From NCBI GenBank assembly GCA_964552475.1, contig CAZKFZ010000004.1, forward strand, positions 1-64,000: a DNA stretch of 64,000 nt. The letters are read 5' to 3'. Positions 56,952 to 64,000 of the stretch are shown here, piece by piece (the stretch's first letter is position 1; each line of letters begins with the position of its first letter). Below the pieces are notes generated by a model that saw only the letters and a program-made list of their open reading frames with translations, was not told the origin of the DNA and searched no databases. Source of the DNA: an uncultured Candidatus Saccharibacteria bacterium. GTDB taxonomy: Bacteria > Patescibacteriota > Saccharimonadia > CAILAD01 > BJGX01. The position numbers were made by a program, and so were the translations under genes.

Positions 56952-59321
56952 TCACAACTCGGCTCCCCAAGAGTGATTACGCTTGGGTTCACTATTTTGT
57001 TGGCTACTAGTGGGTCCCCAGCCTGGTGAGTGAGTGGGTGGCGGTGGTGGGTTTGGAGTAGGTGGCCGTGAAGCTGTGGGTGGAGACGATATTGGCGAGC
57101 CGGCCGGCGCAAAAGCCGAACCAGCCATTGGGGTACCGATAGGCGATGACCCGGTTGGTACTCCACTAGCAGGTGTAGAAGTAGTACCCAAACTTTCTAC
57201 AGCATTTAGGGCTTGCAATACCCAGTTGTTACCTATAGACATAGCATAGTAGTCAGGCTTATCAGCGTAGTGGTCTTCGCGCGCTTGCCAGGCTCTGGGT
57301 GAAAAACAACCACTCATGCTCTTGGCAAGCGTAGCTTCAGAAACACGTCCCTCAAGTATTTCTCTAATACCCCAAGCCCAATCGGTATCTAGGCCGGCTA
57401 AAGATATGGCAAGTGCCTCTTCATTTCTATTAGTTATAAACTCATTTCTTATATCGCTTGCAGTACTTGAGTCGTCACCAGAAATCGCCCAAGCTATGGC
57501 TGTTAGCTTCTCGCTTTCTGTAAGACCAAATAAGTTGACATCTAATTCTAGTAGTTCTAACTTTACCGCAGTGGTATTGGGGTATTTAATATAGCGCATG
57601 CCGAGTGCAAAAGCACTGGGTTTTTTACCAGCTTCTTTTAAAACCACCATTAACTCAGAAAGTCCTGGTGTTTGGCTTAGACCGGCAAGAGAAGTGATGA
57701 TAGCATTTATATCTTGTTCGTCAAAAGAGTCTATATCTGATTTTATCACTTCTATAAATTGCTCTTCACCACCATAATGCGATACCACATCGTGACCAAC
57801 CATACCATTAAAACCTGCGGAGTGTCTACTAGCCATTAATAGTCCATTAAGATCTGATTCAACGTCAGCGCCCATAACTCCTGCCAAAGACTTACCATAG
57901 GCTTTGGTGTTGCCGGACTTGTTCTTTGTATCTATTCGAATGGTAAAGGCTGTTTCCGAAGGATTGCCAGCAAGGGCGGTAAGTATAACCGGATCTTTGG
58001 CTGGCCCAGCTGGCCCAATGAATACCTGCAACTCTTGTAGGCGTTTGGCAATATATTCGGGGTCTCTTAGAGTTTCGGGGTCGCTTGGTAACTCTGCTGT
58101 GCTACTGCTACCACTTACTCCGCGCCTACGTGAGTCGCCAGTGTCTTCTACCTTGATAGTGTGTATTTTATCTATCATTTCTTGGCGTTCAGTTGGGTCG
58201 GCAAGTTTATTGGCATAGTAATACTCGAGTGCTCTGTGGACGGTTGCGTTAAGATCACCATTATAAAAATTACAAATAAACTCAGCTACTCTGTTTATTT
58301 CTTCGCGGTCGTCATAGCTTATTTTTTGAGGTTGGTCGCGTCCTATCTCACCTGCTTTGGCTTGGCTTTTTACCATAAAGTGAAAAATACGAATTTGCTC
58401 AGCCATATCGGCCATGCCAGGAATAGCACCCAGTTCTTCGCGAGTAAGAGTGCGTTCTCCGCTGTGTAGATATTTACTCTCATTTGGTTTAGCAACTTCG
58501 GTGCCTTTTTTCAGTCCAAACGTAGCATCTACATAGCCCTCCACCGACTCTTCTGGTAACTCCTCTGGTAATTTAATATAGACCCATCTTCTAAACTGGG
58601 CGGGGTCTAGAGGGTGACGCTCTGAATACTCGCTACCGTTACGACTAGGAGCGTTACCAAGAGCAACAATGCTAAGATTCTCACGCACTACCTTGAGCCG
58701 TTTAGAAGCATCTTCGGTTACACTAACCATTCCAGAGTCTTCATAAGCATCTATGACTTCGTGCAGACGTATAAGAATATCGGGGGTGGCAGCATTGAAC
58801 TCGTCCACCATTAAGATTACTTTATGGCCTTTTATTGCCTCTTCTATAGCTGCCGTAACCGGGCCATTGGCAAAAACATACTCAGGGTCTTCGGTAGAGT
58901 GACGGTCTGGGTTGGGCGCGTACTGACCCATAAGAGACGATGTATCGTCACTACCCTTCATGTTGATATAGTGAACAGACCAACCCAGCTCGTGAGCCAT
59001 TTTACGCACAGCCGAGCTCTTACCTACCGAAGTGCCAGCTTCTACAAACACAGGCTGATGCAAAGCAAAAGCTGTTGCTAGGTCGCGTTGCAATTCTTGA
59101 CTAAACTCATCTTCTACATAGCCTTCTTTCTTAAGCGGGACTTGCTCTTCTTCACCAGTACCTTTAGGTAGGCGCACGCCCAAATATTCAACATATTGGG
59201 GCTCAGCAACAGCTGCCAATTCCACAAGATGTGGCATATCTACAGACGATGGCTCACTACCTACTGGCGTAGGCTCATTTGCTACATCTGACCCACTATC
59301 ACCGAGTGCTGGTTCTGGCAC
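56952..59321 (-). CDS. MoxR-like (AAA_5-type) AAA+ ATPase with long C-terminal extension and Pro-rich tail
   Basis: 789 aa. Walker A EAGTSVGKSS, Walker B ILMVDEFNAA, sensor region ...IVALGNAP.... About 500 aa of unknown C-terminal sequence ends in PTPNPPPPPTHSPGWGP. Immediately upstream of, and co-oriented with, the vWA gene. Confidence 0.7.
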   Translation of the reverse strand: MPEPALGDSGSDVANEPTPVGSEPSSVDMPHLVELAAVAEPQYVEYLGVRLPKGTGEEEQVPLKKEGYVEDEFSQELQRDLATAFALHQPVFVEAGTSVGKSSAVRKMAHELGWSVHYINMKGSDDTSSLMGQYAPNPDRHSTEDPEYVFANGPVTAAIEEAIKGHKVILMVDEFNAATPDILIRLHEVIDAYEDSGMVSVTEDASKRLKVVRENLSIVALGNAPSRNGSEYSERHPLDPAQFRRWVYIKLPEELPEESVEGYVDATFGLKKGTEVAKPNESKYLHSGERTLTREELGAIPGMADMAEQIRIFHFMVKSQAKAGEIGRDQPQKISYDDREEINRVAEFICNFYNGDLNATVHRALEYYYANKLADPTERQEMIDKIHTIKVEDTGDSRRRGVSGSSSTAELPSDPETLRDPEYIAKRLQELQVFIGPAGPAKDPVILTALAGNPSETAFTIRIDTKNKSGNTKAYGKSLAGVMGADVESDLNGLLMASRHSAGFNGMVGHDVVSHYGGEEQFIEVIKSDIDSFDEQDINAIITSLAGLSQTPGLSELMVVLKEAGKKPSAFALGMRYIKYPNTTAVKLELLELDVNLFGLTESEKLTAIAWAISGDDSSTASDIRNEFITNRNEEALAISLAGLDTDWAWGIREILEGRVSEATLAKSMSGCFSPRAWQAREDHYADKPDYYAMSIGNNWVLQALNAVESLGTTSTPASGVPTGSSPIGTPMAGSAFAPAGSPISSPPTASRPPTPNPPPPPTHSPGWGPTSSQQNSEPKRNHSWGAEL

Positions 59322-59359
59322 TATACCCTCCTTTTGTTTTTTTAAATCTTAATACTTAA

Positions 59360-60415
59360 CTATGGTTGAAAATACTGAACAATCTTGGCATTGTTGCGCT
59401 GTTCGCGTAACCAACTATCAAAATCTGGCCCTTTTATAAGAATGTGGCTAGCGCGAACTTGATCGCCGTTTCTCTCAGTAACTTTTATAATGTGGTAACC
59501 ATATTGAGTTTTTACTACTTTACTAACTTGGCCAGGTTCTAGCGCAAATGCCGCAGCCTCAAACTCTGGCACCAACTGACCTTTACCAAAGAATCCTAAG
59601 TCGCCACCATTGGCAGCACTACCGTCTCCGCTGTATTGTTTGGCTAGTGCAGCAAAATCTCCGCCAGCGTTTATTTGGGCCAATATACTTTCAGCCTGTT
59701 TTTGGGCGGGCTCGGTAAGTGCGGGGTCGCTAAGTACTTTGTCGGATAATTTTTGTCGTACTAGTTGTTGGCGAATCTTATCTTTAAAATCGTCGGTAGA
59801 CCAACCGTATAGTTTGTCTAGAGTGCGTTTTACTTGATCTATGCCACCAGCATCTTTCACTAGCTGGTTGAATTTTTCATCTACTTCTTTACCAGTAACT
59901 TTTATGCCATATTTGTTAGCTTGCTGGGTAATAATAATATTATCTTCTAACTGTTTTATAAGGTCTTGCTTGAACTGCAAAAGTTGTTGCTTACCTTCTT
60001 CTGAATTGAAGTCTTGGTTTTGAGTTTGGAAATATTTTTGGGCCGAAGTAAGCTCAAAAAGGTAGTCGTTATAAGTAGCGGTGTTCCAGATGATATTACC
60101 ATTTACGCTAGCTACTGGGTAAGGTACTACTTTGCTAGCAATTTTAACTGCTCTGTTGCCCACCTTATACTTGTAGATAAGTACACCAAAAACAGTAATA
60201 GTAATAACCAAACAGATAAGGGCAATAATGCCCACATTACGAACATTTTTCTTGTTTTTTTCTGGGTCTACACCCAACTTATTGAGTTTGTCTTTAAAAG
60301 ACATACTCTTTTGCGAGATAGCTTTTTTTGCTGCAGCTGTCTTGCTACCTTTTTTGGCTGTGGGTTTGGCTTTCTTGGGGGTTTTAGACGATTTAATATC
60401 TGGATCTTTTGGCAT
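59360..60415 (-). CDS. Parvulin-type peptidyl-prolyl isomerase (PrsA/SurA-like), membrane-anchored
   Basis: 351 aa. Lys-rich N-terminus, TM helix, SurA_N-like domain, and PpiC motif ...[17 protein letters not shown]...GYHIIKV. Confidence 0.8.
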   Translation of the reverse strand: MPKDPDIKSSKTPKKAKPTAKKGSKTAAAKKAISQKSMSFKDKLNKLGVDPEKNKKNVRNVGIIALICLVITITVFGVLIYKYKVGNRAVKIASKVVPYPVASVNGNIIWNTATYNDYLFELTSAQKYFQTQNQDFNSEEGKQQLLQFKQDLIKQLEDNIIITQQANKYGIKVTGKEVDEKFNQLVKDAGGIDQVKRTLDKLYGWSTDDFKDKIRQQLVRQKLSDKVLSDPALTEPAQKQAESILAQINAGGDFAALAKQYSGDGSAANGGDLGFFGKGQLVPEFEAAAFALEPGQVSKVVKTQYGYHIIKVTERNGDQVRASHILIKGPDFDSWLREQRNNAKIVQYFQP

Positions 60416-60487
60416 AATTAGTTTTTAAAACTCCTTTAGTTTTCTATTACTGCACTTATTAGTAGCTTAATGATACACTTTTTGAGC

Positions 60488-61027
60488 TCACTTGTCCAAG
60501 TCGCTACGACGAATTATCTCTAGTATGGCTTGTTGCATTTTAACAGGCTTATGAACAGTTCTTAAGCGTAAGGGCTTGCTACCCGAAAGAGTCTCTATTG
60601 TAACCGTACCAAAACCCAAAAGCGAACCTTGCATACCTACTATTTTGTAATTGACATTTTGCACGTTGTTAAGAGCCAGTTCTTTGACCTCGCGACTAAA
60701 AAAGCCACGTTGTTTTACTATCATAATGCGGTGATTGGTGACTACATAAACACTATAGTACCAACCTACCCAAGTTCTTAGCCAATAAAACGCCAAGCCT
60801 ATAAGACCAATAAAGATAAACCAGTTGGCATACACTAGCCAATCATAAAAGTTAGCCGTAGCGATAGCCCAGGGTATCATTACTACCAATATAACCAACA
60901 TGCCGAAGATAAGAGCTCGGCGCATTACTATTGGATGTTGATGTTCTACCAAAATAACTTGTTCGTCATCGTGCTGGCCAGCAAAAGTGTGGCGCTTGGC
61001 TCTTGATTGTTTAGTGCTTCTTGCCAT
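60488..61027 (-). CDS. Bacterial PH-domain (bPH_2/DUF304) membrane protein
   Basis: 179 aa. Two TM helices then ...YYSVYVVTNHRIMIVKQRGFFSREVKEL... typical of YdbT-like bPH domains. Confidence 0.65.
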   Translation of the reverse strand: MARSTKQSRAKRHTFAGQHDDEQVILVEHQHPIVMRRALIFGMLVILVVMIPWAIATANFYDWLVYANWFIFIGLIGLAFYWLRTWVGWYYSVYVVTNHRIMIVKQRGFFSREVKELALNNVQNVNYKIVGMQGSLLGFGTVTIETLSGSKPLRLRTVHKPVKMQQAILEIIRRSDLDK

Positions 61028-61109
61028 ATTAATACTATTGTATACCAGTTATGTATGAAAATTCTAGATTATAAAGTAATTGAGATAAATGCTATAGTAT
61101 GGGTGGTGT

Positions 61110-61185
61110 GCCCTGGTAGCTCAGTGGATAGAGCGTCGCCGTCCTAAGGCGAGCGTCGGGGGTTCGAATCCCTCCCAGGGTACCA
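61110..61185 (+). tRNA. tRNA-Arg (anticodon CCT), CCA encoded
   Basis: GCCCTGG-TA-GCTC/AGTGGATA/GAGC-G-TCGCC/GTCCTAA/GGCGA-GCGTC-GGGGG/TTCGAAT/CCCTC-CCAGGGT-A-CCA. Position 1-72 is a G-T wobble. Confidence 0.75.
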
Positions 61186-61199
61186 ATAGAAATATCGTT

Positions 61200-61811
61200 A
61201 TGAAAAAAATTATCGCCCATTTTGAAAAAGTTGACCCCAAAATGGTTGTTTTGGTAAAAAATTACATTCAAAGTAAGCACTATCAGCCACCTAGTAAGGT
61301 TGACCCCCAAGACTATGCTGTTTCACTCACTAGCTCAATAATTTCTCAACAAATTTCTACTAAAGCAGCTGCTAAAATTAAGCAGCGGTTTTTTGAATTG
61401 GTAGGCACGGAATACGATCCGAAAACTATTTTGAGCTTTGATATAGAACAGCTACGTGCGGTTGGCTTGTCCCGCCAAAAAGCTAGTTATGTACACAGTA
61501 TTGCTCAGAGTAGTATTGATGGTCTTGTGCGTTTTAGTCAGCTAGATAATCTTAGCGACCAAGAAGTTATTGATGAGCTAGTACAAATAAAAGGAGTTGG
61601 GGTATGGACTGCCGAGATGTTTCTTATTTTTACCCTTGCTCGCCCAGATGTGTTTAGTGCTGGCGATTTGGGTTTGCAAAACACTATAAAAAAACACTAC
61701 AACAAACTAAACATTAGCCAAAGCCAGGTTGATAGCATTAGCTCTAAGTGGAGCCCTTACAGAAGTATAGCTAGCCTAGCGCTGTGGCATAGTCTAGATA
61801 ATAAGCCTTAA
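61200..61811 (+). CDS. HhH-GPD base-excision DNA glycosylase (AlkA/3-methyladenine glycosylase II-like)
   Basis: 203 aa. ...LVQIKGVGVWTAEMFLIFTLARPDVFSAGDLGL... HhH-GPD motif with a catalytic Asp. Confidence 0.75.
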   Translation: MKKIIAHFEKVDPKMVVLVKNYIQSKHYQPPSKVDPQDYAVSLTSSIISQQISTKAAAKIKQRFFELVGTEYDPKTILSFDIEQLRAVGLSRQKASYVHSIAQSSIDGLVRFSQLDNLSDQEVIDELVQIKGVGVWTAEMFLIFTLARPDVFSAGDLGLQNTIKKHYNKLNISQSQVDSISSKWSPYRSIASLALWHSLDNKP

Positions 61812-61814
61812 ATG

Positions 61815-62243
61815 TTAGCGATTGCGTTTTAGCCATTCTTGATATTGCTCTAGTTGGTACTTAGTCATAGGAGTAAGCTCCATTTTAAAACATTCTTCTA
61901 TACTCAACCATTTGTGGTCTATTACTCTGTCAAACTGAGTGACTTTGGGCCGACCACTAACGTATTTACATAAGTATGTGAGCCCTACCCACTCTTCGCC
62001 CGTCTTCTCGTCATATCTTACATTGGTACCAATAATATCAATTGGTTCAACCTTAATACCTGCCTCTTCTTGCACTTCTCTAGCTATAGCTTCTTGAGGG
62101 GATTCGCCAAACTGCACCAAACCACCCAGTAACTCCCACTTGAAGTGTTGATCTCTAGCTTTTGGCCCACGAAGACCTAAAAGTATTTTTTGGTCTTTTA
62201 CGATTATTGCACCGGTACCAACCCTAAATAGCTTGTTCTTCAT
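61815..62243 (-). CDS. NUDIX hydrolase
   Basis: 142 aa. Nudix box GGLVQFGESPQEAIAREVQEEAGI. Confidence 0.8.
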   Translation of the reverse strand: MKNKLFRVGTGAIIVKDQKILLGLRGPKARDQHFKWELLGGLVQFGESPQEAIAREVQEEAGIKVEPIDIIGTNVRYDEKTGEEWVGLTYLCKYVSGRPKVTQFDRVIDHKWLSIEECFKMELTPMTKYQLEQYQEWLKRNR

Positions 62244-62534
62244 ACATTAAATTATAGCAAAAAATTATATTTACAAATTAAAAATTGTGTATTAATCTAT
62301 TGGGGTAATTCGTGTTGTCTAGATATGGAGATGAATGTTTGGCCTGTGTTGAATTTACCCAAGTAAGAAATCAGCCACCCCAAAAACTTCTAAGTCCTGC
62401 TAATCAATGTTCTAGACGAAAGATAATGGGCCATAAAGGTCCACCACCTCCATATAATAGAGTTAAGAAAAAACGACAAAAGGCTAAGGCTTAAACAAAC
62501 TACCACCTTGGTAAAATACTAAGGTGGTTTTTAA

Positions 62535-62990
62535 TTATTGCCCGTAAATATCTATATAATCACGTTTTTGATAGTCAAAAAGTTCACTGGGCTCAAAAAA
62601 ACGTTCGGTTTCGCTCTTACCATTTTCTACTGAGTCTGAGGCATGAACAATATTATTAGACCCCGACATACCAAAATCACCACGAATAGTACCGGCAGCA
62701 GCCTCAAAACCTTTTGTAGGTCCTACCAATAGTCGTATAGCGTCTACGCTACCCTTACCGCCTTGTAAAACTATCGCTACTACAGGTGAGCTCTGCATGA
62801 AATCTTTTATATCGCCAAAGAAAGATTCATTTTTTAGATGTGAATAATGTTCATCTAACTGTTCATCTTTAAGATTTAACATCTTTATGCCTATTAGTTT
62901 TAAACCTTTTCTCTCGAATCGGCTAATTATTTCACCTACCAAACCTCTCTGTAAGCCATCGGGCTTAATTAATATAAGTGATTGTTCCAT
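62535..62990 (-). CDS. ndk: Nucleoside diphosphate kinase
   Basis: 151 aa. ...ILIKPDGLQRGLVGEIISRFE... and NIVHASDS (catalytic His). Confidence 0.85.
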   Translation of the reverse strand: MEQSLILIKPDGLQRGLVGEIISRFERKGLKLIGIKMLNLKDEQLDEHYSHLKNESFFGDIKDFMQSSPVVAIVLQGGKGSVDAIRLLVGPTKGFEAAAGTIRGDFGMSGSNNIVHASDSVENGKSETERFFEPSELFDYQKRDYIDIYGQ

Positions 62991-62992
62991 TT

Positions 62993-64000
62993 TTATTCCT
63001 CCAATAATTTACTAAATTTTGATGTTTGATCTTCGCTAAACGGCCCCAATATTGCAAGTCGAACTAAATCTTTATACAAATAATTTTGAGCAACCGTTAA
63101 AATATCGTCTGGGCTAACTCGGTCTAGTTTTGCTAGTGTGCTGTCTAAATTGTCTACTTTATTTGTAAGAACAAGTTGGGTGCCCTGCATGTCGGCAACT
63201 GCGGCATTTCCCTCTTGCCCCATTATGTATCGTCCTCTTACTTGTTCTTTTGCCTTGTTGAGTTCGCGTAAACTTACCTTATTGTGTTGTATTTTTTGCA
63301 ACTCTTCGTGGATAGCGCTCAGCGCTTGCCCTACTTTATCATTATTTACTCCAGCGTATATTTCAAACTTACCGCTATCTACAAAATTAGAATAACTCAT
63401 ATACACCGTATAAGCCAAGCCTTTGGTTTCTCGAACATTAAGAAATAGTCGTGAACTCATGCCTGAGCCCAATATTGTACTTAAAAGTTTCATTGCAGCC
63501 TCGTCTTCGGCATCAATTCTAGGTGCTCGCCCAGCCACGACTAAGTGAGTTTGGTTGGTGTCTTGGTGCTCTATATAATATCGCTTTTTAGAAAGGTCAC
63601 CTTTTACTGGCGCCCATGTTCTATTACTTTTTAGATGTGTGTATGACAACAGCTGAGTAGCCATTTCTACTACCATTTTGTGGCTAATATTGCCCGCTAC
63701 CGACACTACAATGTTGTCCATAGTGTATAAAGCTTTAAAGTAGTTGGCAATGGTTTGGCGCTGCATTGTACTAATAATGTGCTCATTACCAATGACGTTT
63801 GTGCGAAGTGCATCGCTAGGCCATAACAAATCGCCAACAAAGTCGTAGACGTAGCGTGCGGGGTCGTCTTTGTAAACTTTCATTTCTTCTAAAATTACAT
63901 TGCGTTCACGATCTATCTCAACTTGCTCTAAAAGTGGGTCGGTAATAATGTCGGCTAAAATATTAAACGCCAAACCAAAATATTTTTTTGGCAGTTTTAT
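62993..64000 (-). CDS. Peptidase M16 (insulinase/pitrilysin family) protein, 5'-truncated by the window edge
   Basis: C-terminal M16_C-like domain. The ORF remains open to the window end, so the N-terminus lies outside. Confidence 0.6.
   Translation of the reverse strand: MKLPKKYFGLAFNILADIITDPLLEQVEIDRERNVILEEMKVYKDDPARYVYDFVGDLLWPSDALRTNVIGNEHIISTMQRQTIANYFKALYTMDNIVVSVAGNISHKMVVEMATQLLSYTHLKSNRTWAPVKGDLSKKRYYIEHQDTNQTHLVVAGRAPRIDAEDEAAMKLLSTILGSGMSSRLFLNVRETKGLAYTVYMSYSNFVDSGKFEIYAGVNNDKVGQALSAIHEELQKIQHNKVSLRELNKAKEQVRGRYIMGQEGNAAVADMQGTQLVLTNKVDNLDSTLAKLDRVSPDDILTVAQNYLYKDLVRLAILGPFSEDQTSKFSKLLEE

Noticed and set aside
56909-57166. 85-aa minus-strand ORF overlapping the vWA/MoxR junction
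   Set aside because: It is an alternative frame over the Pro-rich tail coding region of the AAA+ gene (His/Pro/Leu-rich translation), which is a frame artefact.
61092-61310. 72-aa minus-strand ORF
   Set aside because: It is entirely antisense to tRNA-Arg and the start of the AlkA-like gene, and so spurious.
62312-62494. 60-aa plus-strand ORF between NUDIX and ndk genes
   Set aside because: It sits in a short intergenic region between convergent or divergent genes, with no SD. It is probably spurious.

Overview
This window is dense, mostly minus-strand bacterial chromosome. It is AT-rich (by eye roughly 35-40% GC) and uses the standard genetic code; long genes such as thrS read through without internal stops.

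The gene repertoire looks like a small-genome Patescibacteria/CPR-type organism. Evidence: a MurT/GatD pair, bactofilin, a PrsA-type parvulin, many glycosyltransferases and few biosynthetic genes. This lineage assignment is low confidence.

Recognisable core genes are infC(AUA start)-rpmI-rplT, rpmB, rplY/ctc, thrS, miaA, pheA, ndk, rnhA, uppP, a Y-family DNA polymerase and a YifB/ComM ATPase. A cell-envelope polysaccharide cluster is also present (ABC exporter, GT4, polyprenyl glycosylphosphotransferase, GT28 pair, GalT-like, GT2, WecA/MraY-like). RNA genes found are an RNase P RNA and five tRNAs: Pro-GGG, Val-GAC, Thr-CGT and Asp-GTC on the minus strand, and Arg-CCT on the plus strand.

Two visibly GC-richer islands interrupt this core.

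- Island (i), about 1-5450, carries an 862-aa Major Vault Protein (MVP) homolog. It can be aligned by eye to human MVP through the repeat, shoulder, cap-helix and cap-ring regions. Beside it are an uncharacterised zinc-ribbon protein, a small membrane protein, a divergent hypothetical gene driven by a consensus extended -10 promoter, and a roughly 450-nt ORF-free, hairpin-rich region.
- Island (ii), about 52000-59300, carries a MoxR-type AAA+ ATPase plus a vWA/MIDAS protein. The vWA protein has an N-terminal HExxH motif and a D/E-rich linker. The island also holds an overlapping SAM-methyltransferase/2OG-Fe(II)-oxygenase pair, two tandem small proteins, and a roughly 450-nt transcript with a consensus promoter and terminator that has only a 15-codon ORF (candidate sRNA).

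Other notable items are a probable T-box/attenuator leader on thrS next to a 21-nt duplication of the tRNA-Val 3' end, a tRNA-like 3' fragment at 6027-6060, a bacterial SET-domain protein, and a membrane-anchored Clp-like double AAA+ ATPase. No CRISPR array and no intact mobile element (integrase or transposase) was recognised.
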